Assembly: GCA_963850335.1 (NCBI GenBank)
Contig: CAWKKY010000008.1
Coordinates: forward strand, 28,077 to 92,076
Length of the DNA stretch: 64,000 nt
Source: an uncultured Solirubrobacterales bacterium
GTDB taxonomy: Bacteria > Actinomycetota > Thermoleophilia > Solirubrobacterales > Solirubrobacteraceae
Reading direction: 5' to 3'
Part shown: positions 25,968 through 36,373 of the stretch, piece by piece
Position numbering within the stretch: position 1 is the first letter of the stretch
How the letters are laid out: every line of letters starts with the position of its first letter
Notes under the pieces: model-generated
Databases searched by the model: none
What the model was told of the DNA's origin: nothing
The model's input: the letters and a program-made list of their open reading frames with translations, nothing else
Translations under genes and position numbers: made by a program

Positions 25968-27689
25968 GTGGTTGATCTTGATCCCCGAGCGCTGCTTGAT
26001 CCGAAGGTCTTGCTCGATCCCAAGGCGCTCGTCGGAGGCGCCGCGAAACTGGTCGAGCGCTTCGGTGATGAGGCGTACTTTGCCGCGTTGTGCATCCGCA
26101 GCGGCATGGTCGGAGTCGAGCTGCCCCACCGCGTCGCGCAGCTTCTGATCGGGTTTGAGCGGTACGGCATGCTCGCCGGCGCGATCACCGCCAGTGCCAT
26201 TCGGCACGGCGACCGCACCGCGCTGATCGACGAACGCGGGGAGCTGACCTACGCGGAGCTTGACGCGCGCATCAATGCGCTCGCCAACGCCTGGCGCGGG
26301 CGGGGCCTCGAGGCTGGCGAGGGGGTCGCGATCCTCGTCCGCAACCACCGCGGGTTTCTCGAGTCGGTGTTCGCGGCCGCTAAGTGCGGTGCTCGTGTGA
26401 TCCTGCTCAACACATCGTTCGCTGGGCCGCAGATCCGTGAGGTGGCCGAGCGCGAGGGCACCGACCTGCTCGTCTACGACGACGAGTATTCGAAGGTGCT
26501 GAAGGGAATCGAGGAGCCGCCCCGCGGACGTTTCCGGGCGTGGACCGACGATGAGGACGACGTCCCTGAGGACTCGATCGAGGCGCTGATCGCCGGCGCA
26601 TCCACCGACGCGCCACCGAAGCCCGGCGAGTCGCCCCGGGTAACGATCCTGACGAGCGGGACGACCGGCACTCCCAAGGGCGCGCCCCGCAGCGAGCCGC
26701 GCTCCTTGTCTCTGCTCGGGGGTCTCCTCAGCAAGGTGCCGTTCAAGGCGCGCGAGACGACGGAGCTCTGCGTTCCTATGTTCCACGCGCTCGGCTTCAT
26801 GCAGGCGATGGTCGGCGTCGCGCTCGGCTCGACGCTCGTCGTCCGTCGCCGATTCGACCCCGAGGAGACGCTCGACAGCCTCGCCGAGCACCAGGCGAGT
26901 GCGATGGTCGTCGTGCCGGTGATGTTGCGCCGACTCGTCGACGTGGGCGAGGAAGCGATCAGGCAGCGCGATCTCTCGAACCTGCGCATCATCTTCGTCA
27001 GTGGCTCGGCGCTCGGCGCCGACCTCGCCGAGCGGGCGAGCAAGGTGTTCGGTCCGGTGATCTACAACCTGTACGGCTCCACCGAGGTCGCCTACGCGAC
27101 GATCGCGACGCCGGAGGACATCGAGGCGGACTCCTCGAGCGTCGGCCGTGTCGTGCGCGGATCGGTGATCAAGATCTTCGACGACGACGGCAAGGAGCTC
27201 CCCCAGGGCGAGACCGGCCGGATCTTCGTCGGCAACCTGTCGCAGTTCGAGGGCTACACCGGAGGCGGCAACAAGGACTCGATCCAGGGCCTGATGTCCT
27301 CCGGCGATGTCGGCCACTTCGACGAGAACGGCCGGCTGTTCATCGACGGCCGTGACGACGAGATGATCGTCTCCGGCGGAGAGAACGTGTTCCCGGCTGA
27401 GGTCGAGGAGCTGCTCTCCGGACACAAGTCGATCTCGGAAGCCGCGGCGATCGGTGTCGATGACGAGAAGTTCGGCCAGCGGCTGAAGGCGTTCGTCGTG
27501 CTCAACGACGGCGCCGAGCTGAGCGAGGAGGACGTCAAGGGCTACGTCAAGGAGAACCTCGCCAACTACAAGGTCCCGCGCGACATCGTGTTCCTCGATG
27601 AGCTGCCCCGCAACCCGACCGGCAAGGTGCTGAAGCGCGACCTCCCCGACGACGGCGGCAACGACCCATCAGCCAGAAGTTCTGACTAA
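25968..27689 (+). CDS. Acyl-CoA synthetase (AMP-binding, FadD12-like)
   Basis: TSGTTGTPKG, YGSTE, SGDVG, DGRDDEMIVSGGENVFP, PRNPTGK. Confidence 0.95.
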   Translation: MVDLDPRALLDPKVLLDPKALVGGAAKLVERFGDEAYFAALCIRSGMVGVELPHRVAQLLIGFERYGMLAGAITASAIRHGDRTALIDERGELTYAELDARINALANAWRGRGLEAGEGVAILVRNHRGFLESVFAAAKCGARVILLNTSFAGPQIREVAEREGTDLLVYDDEYSKVLKGIEEPPRGRFRAWTDDEDDVPEDSIEALIAGASTDAPPKPGESPRVTILTSGTTGTPKGAPRSEPRSLSLLGGLLSKVPFKARETTELCVPMFHALGFMQAMVGVALGSTLVVRRRFDPEETLDSLAEHQASAMVVVPVMLRRLVDVGEEAIRQRDLSNLRIIFVSGSALGADLAERASKVFGPVIYNLYGSTEVAYATIATPEDIEADSSSVGRVVRGSVIKIFDDDGKELPQGETGRIFVGNLSQFEGYTGGGNKDSIQGLMSSGDVGHFDENGRLFIDGRDDEMIVSGGENVFPAEVEELLSGHKSISEAAAIGVDDEKFGQRLKAFVVLNDGAELSEEDVKGYVKENLANYKVPRDIVFLDELPRNPTGKVLKRDLPDDGGNDPSARSSD

Positions 27690-27758
27690 CGGCGCGGCGT
27701 CGGGCGAGTTTCACTAACCTCCCGGCCAGTCCACGAATCCACCGCGGGAGGTAGAGAG

Positions 27759-29081
27759 ATGGGCAGGATTGTCGCTGCGCGCGCAGGGCGCAGGGCGACA
27801 CTGACGATGGCGCTGGCTGGTGCCATCTGTTGCCTCGGCGTCGCGCAGGCACGCGCGCTGCCAAACCTCGGGGGCTTGCTCCGTGCGCCGGTCACGGGTC
27901 TGCACGTTGACCTCGGTTGCGCGAACCCGGCGAACCACGGGCTCGCCGGTCGGGTCCTGGCTGCCGTGAACACGACTGCCGGCGGGCCGCTCCGCTGCTT
28001 CTCGACGGCGATCGCCTCGAGCCAGGGCGCGGGGCCGCAGATCATGGCCGGCCCGACGGGGCTTGGCCCGAAGCAGATCCAGTCGGCGTACAAGCTGGCC
28101 GGGCTGAGCTCGGGCGGGCGCACGGTCGCGATCGTCGACGCCTACGATGATCCGAAGGCCGAGGCGGACCTCGGCACGTTCCGCAAGAGCTACGGGCTGT
28201 CGGCGTGCACCACGGCCAACGGCTGCTTCAAGAAGCTCAACGAGAACGGCAAGGCGAGCCCGTTGCCGACCGGCGACTATGGCTGGGCTGAGGAGATCAG
28301 CCTCGACCTCGACGCCGTCTCCTCGGCGTGTCCGGACTGCCACATCCTGCTCGTCGAGGCGAGCTCTACGGGAAGTACCGACCTCGACGCGGCGGTCGAC
28401 ACCGCAGCCGCGACGCCGGGGGTGGCCTCGGTCTCGAACAGCTACGGCGGCAGCGAGTCGTCTTCGCAGCTCAGCGACGACACGCATTTCAACCACCCGG
28501 GGGTCGCGATCACCGCAAGCTCCGGTGACTCAGGCTATGGCGTCAGCTGGCCCGCGTCGTCGCAGTACGTGACCGGCGTCGGCGGCACCACGCTCAGTAC
28601 CGCGAGCAACGCCCGCGGTTGGAGCGAGACCGCATGGTCGGGCGCGGGCAGCGGTTGCTCTGCCTATGAGCCGAAGCCGAGCTGGCAGCACGACTCCGGC
28701 TGCGCCAAGCGGACCGTCGCCGACGTGTCGGCGGACGCGGATCCAAACAGCGGCCTCGGCGTCTACGACACGTACAACAGCTGCGGCACGAGCAGCTTCT
28801 GCGACACCCTGATCGGCCTCGGTGTTGTTCAGGGCCTCGACGGATGGGCGCAGGTTGGTGGCACGAGCCTCAGCTCACCGCTGATCGCGTCCGTGTACGC
28901 GCTCGCCGGCAATACCGCCTCAGTCACCTACGGCAGCTATCCCTACAGCCACACGGGCTCGGTGTTCGATGTGACGAGTGGCTCGAATGGCAGCTGCGGC
29001 GGCTCGTACCTGTGCACTACAGGGGCCGGCTATGACGGCCCGACGGGACTCGGAACGCCGAACGGAGTCGGCGGCTTCTAG
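27759..29081 (+). CDS. Secreted S53 (sedolisin-like) peptidase with short propeptide
   Basis: Signal peptide, EEISLD (E-x3-D), SSGDSG, GGTSLSSP, GYDGPTGLGTP. Confidence 0.9.
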   Translation: MGRIVAARAGRRATLTMALAGAICCLGVAQARALPNLGGLLRAPVTGLHVDLGCANPANHGLAGRVLAAVNTTAGGPLRCFSTAIASSQGAGPQIMAGPTGLGPKQIQSAYKLAGLSSGGRTVAIVDAYDDPKAEADLGTFRKSYGLSACTTANGCFKKLNENGKASPLPTGDYGWAEEISLDLDAVSSACPDCHILLVEASSTGSTDLDAAVDTAAATPGVASVSNSYGGSESSSQLSDDTHFNHPGVAITASSGDSGYGVSWPASSQYVTGVGGTTLSTASNARGWSETAWSGAGSGCSAYEPKPSWQHDSGCAKRTVADVSADADPNSGLGVYDTYNSCGTSSFCDTLIGLGVVQGLDGWAQVGGTSLSSPLIASVYALAGNTASVTYGSYPYSHTGSVFDVTSGSNGSCGGSYLCTTGAGYDGPTGLGTPNGVGGF

Positions 29082-29111
29082 GACCGCGCCCTGGGGGGCA
29101 GTTCCCAAGCT

Positions 29112-29145
29112 GCGCGGGGTTCGCTGACAGCGGCGAGCCCCGCGC
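29112..29145. terminator. GC-rich stem-loop downstream of the S53 peptidase
   Basis: GCGCGGGGTTCGCTG...GCGAGCCCCGCGC inverted repeat. No U-tract. Confidence 0.4.
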
Positions 29146-29170
29146 TCCGGGCAGGTCTTACACTCGGGGC

Positions 29171-29500
29171 GTGCTCATCCTGCCGCCGGGACACGCGCAG
29201 ACGACGGTCGCGCGTCGCACCCTCAGCTCCAGGGAGAAGTGGATCCTTTCCGGTGTGCTGGCGACGACGCTTGCGCTGCTCGTGGTCGTCGTGATCTCGA
29301 TCGCGACCGCGAGTCCGAAGCCCGCGAGCGGGTGCATCAGCGTCACGTCCCCCGGGTTCATCGGAGCCCAGCAGGTGTCCGGCTGCGGCGCCCAGGCCCG
29401 CGCCATCTGCCACTCGGCGCTCACCGGGAGTGGCTACACGCGCGGCCAAAACGCGGACGTGCTCACCGCCTGCCACAAGCACGGCATCCCGGTCAACTAG
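29171..29500 (+). CDS. Small single-TM hypothetical protein with four Cys
   Basis: TM segment ILSGVLATTLALLVVVVISIA, then a Cys-containing extracellular domain. Confidence 0.6.
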   Translation: MLILPPGHAQTTVARRTLSSREKWILSGVLATTLALLVVVVISIATASPKPASGCISVTSPGFIGAQQVSGCGAQARAICHSALTGSGYTRGQNADVLTACHKHGIPVN

Positions 29501-29507
29501 ATAAGCG

Positions 29508-30602
29508 ATGACCGATCCCGCTGCCTTCCGCTCACAGTTTCCGGTGTTCGAGCGGCTCGCATACCTCAACGCCGGCACCGAGGGTCCGGTGCCGGAGCAG
29601 GCCGCCGCGGCCGCTCACGCGCGTATTGACGTCGAGACGCAGCAGGGCCGATGCGGGCGTCCCTACTTCGACGGCGTGATGGAGCTCGCCGCGGACGCGC
29701 GCGCCGGCTACGCCCGGGTCCTTGGTTGCGAGGACTCCGACGTCGCGCTCACCGGGTCGACGACCGACGGCGTCAACACGGTGGTCGCGGGTCTCGACCT
29801 CCGCGACGGCGATGAGGTGATCACCACCGACGAGGAGCATCCCGGTCTGCTGGCCCCGCTCGCGCGGGCGCGGCACCGCCACGGCGTCACGATTCGAGTG
29901 GTTCCGTTCGCGGAGCTTCCCGGAGCAGTGACCGCGGCGACGCGTCTCATCGCCTGCTCACACGTCTCCTGGGTGAGCGGTCGGCTGATGGACGTCGCGG
30001 CGCTCACCGCGACCGGCGTTCCCGTGCTCCTCGACGCCGCCCAGGCGATCGGCGCGATTCCGCTCGACGTTGGCGCGCTCGGCTGCGACTTCTACGCCGC
30101 GTCGGGGCAGAAATGGCTCTGTGGCCCAGAGGGGAGCGGGTGCTTGTACGTCCGCCCGGATCGCGTGGACGAGCTGCTCATTCCGTGGCCCGGATACGGC
30201 TCGCTCAGCTCCGGCGACAAGGCGCTGGAACTCGATCCCGCGGACGGCGCCAAGCGATTCGATCATGGCTTTCCGTCGGGGCTGCGCAACGCCTGGGCAC
30301 TCGCATCCCTCGGGGTGTTCGAGTTGGCAGGGTGGGAGTGGGTCCACGAACGCGCCGCGACCCTCGCCGCCGGCCTCGCCGAGCGACTGGCCGAGCGTGG
30401 GTTCGAGGTCGGGCCGCGGGGACGGACGACGCTCGTCGCGTGGAAGGCACCAAGCGGCGATGCCGAGGCGGACGTCGCTCGCCTGGCGGCCGAGGGGATC
30501 GTCGTGCGCATGATCCCGTCCCACGACATGGTGCGGGCGTCGGTCGGGGCATGGAGCTCCGAAGAGGAGTTGGATCGGCTCGTGGCACTCGCGGCGCTCT
30601 AG
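29508..30602 (+). CDS. Class V PLP-dependent aminotransferase/lyase
   Basis: YLNAGTEGP, GSTTDG, LDAAQAIG, SGQKWLCGPEG (PLP lysine). Confidence 0.92.
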   Translation: MTDPAAFRSQFPVFERLAYLNAGTEGPVPEQAAAAAHARIDVETQQGRCGRPYFDGVMELAADARAGYARVLGCEDSDVALTGSTTDGVNTVVAGLDLRDGDEVITTDEEHPGLLAPLARARHRHGVTIRVVPFAELPGAVTAATRLIACSHVSWVSGRLMDVAALTATGVPVLLDAAQAIGAIPLDVGALGCDFYAASGQKWLCGPEGSGCLYVRPDRVDELLIPWPGYGSLSSGDKALELDPADGAKRFDHGFPSGLRNAWALASLGVFELAGWEWVHERAATLAAGLAERLAERGFEVGPRGRTTLVAWKAPSGDAEADVARLAAEGIVVRMIPSHDMVRASVGAWSSEEELDRLVALAAL

Positions 30603-33600
30603 TGTCGCGCTGGGGAGAGTCCGTTCCTAAGCATCGACATCTGAGGAAGCTCGTATCGAGCTGGTGGCGGCTGACGGTTTCGCTCGCCGTGCTTGTGGCC
30701 ACGTTCGCCGCCGGCACGGCCGCGCTCGCCGGAACCGCGGGCCGGGCCGCCGCGAGTCGGCGCGCCGCGATCGGCCACAGCACCGCAGTCCGCGAAGCGC
30801 TGACGGCGCTTGGTGTGACCAGGCGCAGCGACGCCGAGATCGTGTTCGGACTCGGGCGTCCGATCGCCGCTCATACGGCCGTGACGCTCGGCGGGCCGGT
30901 ACGGCCCGCCGCCGGCGGGCGGCCGACGAACTCGGGTGCGGCCGTGATCCTTCGGCCGGCGCATGCGGCGTGGTTCTTCTACGACGACCGCGGGCCGTTC
31001 CAGGCTTACGAGCACCCGGGGCGGGTGGCGCTCGTCGATGCCGTGACGGGCCACGTCACGCTGAGCGGGACCCTGCTGTGGCCGCCCGTGGTCGGCGGTG
31101 CACTCCCACCGTTCCTGCGCGGCGCCGACGCCTATGCGGCTGCCGGCAGTCACGTCTTCTACCGCCCGTACCGCGGCACGGCGAAGCTCGCTGCTGCAGT
31201 GCACGCGGCACGCACCGCGCGGACGGCACTCGATCCGACGCAGGCACGCCGTGCAGGCGAGGTGCTCGCGGGCGAGCACGCCTGCGTGATCTCGCTCGGC
31301 AACACCCTTGGCGGTGACTACTACGGCCTCGCCCGGGTCCTCTCGTCCCGCAGCGCGCTCGACGGCCGCATCTCGCAGCTGCGCGGCGCCGCGCCCGGCG
31401 TGCAATCGGTGACGTACGCGGCGCGTCGACGCTCGACGCCGACGTCGCTTGTCCGCAGCCAGGTATCAAGCCACGGCTGCCGCGAGGTGCTCCTGTACGC
31501 CGCGGGCGCCGGCTACGAGCGCGCGACGGCGGTCAACATCGGCATGCAGGCAGCTCGACGCACGGTCCGCCACCAGGACCTCACGATCGCCTCGCTGCGC
31601 GGTCTGATCCGCGCCGAGCGCCGGGTCACGTTCCTGCTCGTGCTCGACTCGCCATCCGCGGTCGGCTTCCAGGCGCTCGTCCGGCTGCCGAACGTGCGGC
31701 TCGTGGCGACCCCGGCGGGCGTCCGCAGCTTCACGTACGTCCCCGAGGCCATCGTCGGCGGGACGCTCCAGGCCAACAACACGAACCCCGGGAAGCTGTT
31801 GGCGCTCACCAACCGCCTCACCGCCGGGCTCGATCAGGTGATCGGCGATCCCTGCGAGGTGACCCAGGCGACAGCGCTGGAGCACGCGGGGAAATCAGGC
31901 TTTGCCTATCTGCTGGCGCGGGCGCTGGCTCGCGGCGCCGCCGCCGACTGGGTCGCCGGGACGGGTGTCGGTGCGCCGCCGACGGTGCGCACGGCGGGCG
32001 TCTCGACGGCGGCCCCGACGTGTCTCCCCGGTGACGCCGTGGTCGCCGCCACCGACGCCTACACGGCGCACAACGACGCGTTCTTCGGGGTGACCGCTGC
32101 CCAGGGCCTGCTCGCGAACGACGTCGAGACCCAGCACCGCGCGATCACCGTGGATCAGCTTGACGGCAACGGCGGCCCGCTGCCATTGCACGGCACGAGC
32201 GCGAAGGGCGCGGCCGTGGTTGTCCACGCCGACGGCGGGTTCTCCTACGACGCCCGCGGGGTGTCGGCGATCCAGGCGCTGCCGCGAGGCCAGACGACGA
32301 CCGACACGTTCTCTTACCGCACCACCGACGGTCTCGGGGCCACCGACACCGCGACGGTGACGATGACCGTGCTCGGGACGCGCAACCACAGCCCGGTCAC
32401 GCAGGGCGATACCGCGACGATCTCGCGAACGGTTCCGCTGCACGGCGCCGCCGTCCTCGCCAACGACGGCGACCCCGATGGCGACGTGCTGTCGGTCAGC
32501 CAGCTCAACGGCGCCGGCGGGACCTTCCCGCTCCACGGAACCTCGGCGAAGGGCGCGGTGGTGATCATCAACGCCGACGGCACCTACACGTACGACCCGA
32601 CGACGTCCGCGGCGCTCCAGACCCTCGCCCACTCGCAGTCAACGACGGACACGTTCACCTACGGCGCGAGCGACGGCCACGGCGGAACCGCCACCGGGAC
32701 CGTCACGGTGACCGTCACGGGGGCGAACCACTCCCCGGTCGCGGTCGCCGACAGCGCGTCCACGGCCGCGAACACGGTGCCGTCGTCCCTGCCGAACGTG
32801 CTTTCCAACGACAGGGACGCCGACGGCGATCCCCTCACAGTCACGCAGCTAAATGGAACCTCGGCGCTCAGCGGTATGAGTAACGACGGCGCCCTTGTCT
32901 CGATCGATCCTCACGGCTCCTTCACGTATGACCCGACGGGATCAACGAAGCTGAGGGAACTCCCAGGGGGGGTGGACACGACGGACACCTTCACGTACAC
33001 GATCGACGACGGTCACGGGGGGACGTCGCGGCAACGGTGTCGATCACGGTGACCGGTGTGAATGATGCACCCGTCGCGATCAACGACGGGAGCACGGGGA
33101 CGCCGATCGCGTCGACGACCTCGGACGCGCCGCTGACGGGGCAGCCGACCCTGTTCGGGAACGACGGCGATCCGGACACGGGGGACACGCTCAGCCTGAA
33201 CACTGCGGATACGACCAGCCCCAAGGGGGCGACCGTCACCGTCAACAGCAATGGGACGTGGTCCTACGATCCGACGACCTCATCAACGCTTCAGGCGCTG
33301 ACGCACGGTCAGTCGACGACGGACACGTTCACCTACTCGGTCAAGGACAACCATGGGTTGGGCTCAACCCCGGCGACGGTCACCGTCGGGATCACGGGCG
33401 TCAACCATGCGCCGGTGGCGACCGCGGACAGCGCATCTGCACAGGCCGACACGCCGATGACGGTCACCGCTCCTGGTGTGCTCAGCAACGACACCGACCT
33501 CGATAGCGATCCACTGACAGTCACGAAGCTGAATGGCTCGTCGACGTTGACGGGCACGAGCACTGACGGCGCCGCGGTGACGATTCATGCCGATGGGTCG

Positions 33601-34371
33601 TACTCGTATGACCCGACGGGCTCGGCGACGTTGAAGGCCCTCGGGGTCGGCGCGCAGACGACGGATACGTTCACCTATACGATCGACGATGGCCATGGCG
33701 GAACGTCGTCGGCAACGGTGTCGATCACGGTGACCGGTGTGAATGATGCACCCGTCGCGATCAACGACGGGAGCACGGGGACGCCGATCGCGTCGACGAC
33801 CTCGGACGCGCCGCTGACGGGGCAGCCGACCCTGTTCGGGAACGACGGCGATCCGGACACGGGGGACACGCTCAGCCTGAACACTGCGGATACGACCAGC
33901 CCCAAGGGGGCGACCGTCACCGTCAACAGCAATGGGACGTGGTCCTACGATCCGACGACCTCATCAACGCTTCAGGCGCTGACGCACGGTCAGTCGACGA
34001 CGGACACGTTCACCTACTCGGTCAAGGACAACCATGGGTTGGGCTCAACCCCGGCGACGGTCACCGTCGGGATCACGGGCGTCAACCATGCGCCGGTCGC
34101 CAATCCCGACAATGAATCGACGTCCCAATCCGGGCCGCCGCTGTTGGGCAACGTGCTGGCGAACGACACCGACGCCGATGGCGACCTGCTCACCGCGACG
34201 CTCGTCAGCCCGCCGTCGGACGCGTCCGCGTTTTCGCTGAACTCCGATGGGTCGTTCAGCTACACGCCGGCGCCGGGGCATGTCGGGCAGACCGACACCT
34301 TCACCTACAAGGCGAACGACGGCTTCGCGGACTCCAACACGACGACGGTGTCAATCATCATCACTGCGTGA
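30602..34371 (+). CDS. Large secreted protein with a degenerate clan-CD-like domain and VCBS/cadherin-like (Ig) repeats; 1-nt frameshift at ~33028
   Basis: GTG 30602, signal-like N-terminus. Repeats of NHAPVA.D...LxND.DxDGD.L...DGSFxYDP...TDTFTY.xxD.xG. Joins ORFs 30113..33052 and 33037..34371. Confidence 0.8.
33030..34097 (+). repeat. Two identical ~387-bp copies (33030..33416 and 33711..34097), period 681 bp
   Basis: Base-by-base comparison by eye shows identity from GGCAACGGTGTCGATC to CATGCGCCGGT. Flanking repeat units are diverged. Confidence 0.92.
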
Positions 34372-35110
34372 TCCGCTGCGGGTGCGTGTAGACGTTGACG
34401 CGGTCCCCCCGCGCGAACCCGCACAGCGTGAGACCCCGATCCTCGGCGAGCGAGATCGCGAGTGAGCTCGGCGCGCTGACGCCGATCAGGATCGGTGCGC
34501 CGGCGACGGCCGCCTTCTGCACCAGCTCGAAGGAGAGGCGGCCACTTACGCACAGGATCCGTTCTCCGAGCGGCACGAGCCCGTCGAGGAGCGCGCGGCC
34601 GATGACCTTGTCCATCGCGTTGTGGCGGCCGACGTCCTCCCGGGTGAACACGAGCGTCCCGTCCGCCTCAAACAATCCGGTGGCATGCAGACCGCCGGTC
34701 GATTGGAACGTCGGCTGGTCGAGACGCGCTGGGAGCTCGGCGGCGAGCCCGCGCGCAATGATTGGCCCGGGCGGGAGCGGGGCGCTGTGCACGGCGACCT
34801 CCTCGAGCGCCCCCTTGCCGCACACGCCGCACGACGACGTGGTGTAGAAGCGGCGCGCGCTCATGTCGCGCCTGAGCGGTCCCCGCACCTCGATGATGTT
34901 GTTGGCGAAGTCGTCGGTGAGACCGGCCGGCCGGGGTCCGTCGATCAGGCCCTCGCCGTGCAGAAACCCGAGCGCGAGCTCCTCGTCATGTCCCGGGGTA
35001 CGCATCGTCACGGCGAGCGGCTCACCGTCAACGCGGATCTCGAGTGGCTCCTCGACGGCGACGACATCCTCGACGCCGTCGTGCTCGACCTTGGCATAGG
35101 TGCTCGCCAT
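34361..35110 (-). CDS. fdhD: Formate dehydrogenase accessory sulfurtransferase FdhD
   Basis: VAVEEPL, MRTPG, SSCGVCG, TGGLHA, EDVGRHNAMDK, SGRLSFELVQKA. Confidence 0.95.
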   Translation of the reverse strand: MASTYAKVEHDGVEDVVAVEEPLEIRVDGEPLAVTMRTPGHDEELALGFLHGEGLIDGPRPAGLTDDFANNIIEVRGPLRRDMSARRFYTTSSCGVCGKGALEEVAVHSAPLPPGPIIARGLAAELPARLDQPTFQSTGGLHATGLFEADGTLVFTREDVGRHNAMDKVIGRALLDGLVPLGERILCVSGRLSFELVQKAAVAGAPILIGVSAPSSLAISLAEDRGLTLCGFARGDRVNVYTHPQRITQ

Positions 35111-35121
35111 CACACCCAAGC

Positions 35122-35676
35122 TTAGGGAGCGAGCCCACGGTCCAAGGTCGCTACGAGCCGAGCGAACGTTTCGTCGAGGTCGAGCTTGAGCGCAAATCCG
35201 CCGCTCAACTCAAGCGAAACGAAGCCGTGCAGGGCGGATCGGACGACTCGCACGGCGTGGATCTCGTCATCACCCTTAAGCCCGTAGCCCTGCAGCGCGG
35301 CGACGACGGCATCGACCGGCGCGCGAAGCACATCCGGGTCGGCGCCAAAGCTTGGAGCGCGCTCCACCGCCGAGTACACACCCGGGCGCTCGGTGGCGAA
35401 CCCTCGGTATGCATTGGCAATCGCGGCGAGCGCCTCCTGACCGGACAGTCCGGACGCCGCCCTGGTCAGCCGCCGCCCAAGCTCCTCCGCGCCGCGTTCG
35501 GCGATCCGTCGCCGCAGGTCGTCGAGCCCCTCGACGTGGGCGTAGAGCGACGGCGTGCGCATCTTCATGTGCTTGGCGAGCCGGGCGAGCGTCAGCTGAT
35601 CGAACCCGAACTCGTCCGCCACCATTCCCCCGTATGTGACGACCCACTGGGTGTTGTACCCAGAGCGCCCCATCAC
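35122..35676 (-). CDS. TetR/AcrR regulator with WHG-type C-terminal domain
   Basis: TLARLAKHMKMRTPSLYAHV HTH; RSALHGFVSLE. Confidence 0.88.
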   Translation of the reverse strand: MMGRSGYNTQWVVTYGGMVADEFGFDQLTLARLAKHMKMRTPSLYAHVEGLDDLRRRIAERGAEELGRRLTRAASGLSGQEALAAIANAYRGFATERPGVYSAVERAPSFGADPDVLRAPVDAVVAALQGYGLKGDDEIHAVRVVRSALHGFVSLELSGGFALKLDLDETFARLVATLDRGLAP

Positions 35677-36350
35677 CCGCCCGCGCTTGCGATCGCGCGG
35701 TCCATTGCCGCGCCGGGCTGTCGGACGGCGCCGCCGTGGCCAACGACGAGGAGCGTCGGGTCAAGCGCCCTGAGCGCGCGGGCGGACTCGAGATCCTTGC
35801 CTCGGTCCCACGTCGCCATCGTGGCGAACGGGAAGCGCCAGTAGTAGTGATTGCTGACCTGGGGACCGCCGACGGTCGTGAACGTGTCGCCGGCGATGAG
35901 CGACCGGTCACGAGTGTCGAGGAACGCGCTGTGTCCGGGAGAGTGGCCCGGTGCGGCCACGACCTCGAGGCTGCCGACGCGGTCGCCCGGCTGCAGCCGC
36001 ACGTCCGGGGTCGTCTTCAGCTTCGGCCAGCTCCCCGGCAGCTTGCCCTCGACGACCTTCTCGCCGGCGTGGATGCGCGCGTCGAGTTCCGGCATGAGCA
36101 CCTCGACGGAGTCGCCCAACTTCGCCTTCAGCGCGTCGAGCGAGCCCACATGGTCACCGTGACCGTGGGTGAGGGCGATCCGTGTGATCACGCCCCCCGC
36201 CGCCGCTGCGAGACGGATGTAGTCGTCCGTCCCGCCGGGTATGCCGGTGTCGATGAGCGTGAGCCCATCGTCTTCCCGCACGAAGTACGCGTTGACAAAT
36301 CGCAGACGGGTGAGCTGGGTGAGGTTGTCGGTGACGGGGGTCGTGCGCAT
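35673..36350 (-). CDS. MBL-fold metallo-hydrolase
   Basis: LIDTG, THGHGDHVGS, PGHSPGH, AGD, VGHG. 4-bp overlap with the TetR gene. Confidence 0.92.
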   Translation of the reverse strand: MRTTPVTDNLTQLTRLRFVNAYFVREDDGLTLIDTGIPGGTDDYIRLAAAAGGVITRIALTHGHGDHVGSLDALKAKLGDSVEVLMPELDARIHAGEKVVEGKLPGSWPKLKTTPDVRLQPGDRVGSLEVVAAPGHSPGHSAFLDTRDRSLIAGDTFTTVGGPQVSNHYYWRFPFATMATWDRGKDLESARALRALDPTLLVVGHGGAVRQPGAAMDRAIASAGG

Positions 36351-36373
36351 TGGGTTCCTTTCGCGATCCGGCC

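Noticed and set aside
32030-34371. CRISPR array or IS-related repeat
   Set aside because: The repeats are in-frame coding units of ~330-680 bp with no short repeat-spacer structure, terminal inverted repeats or transposase.
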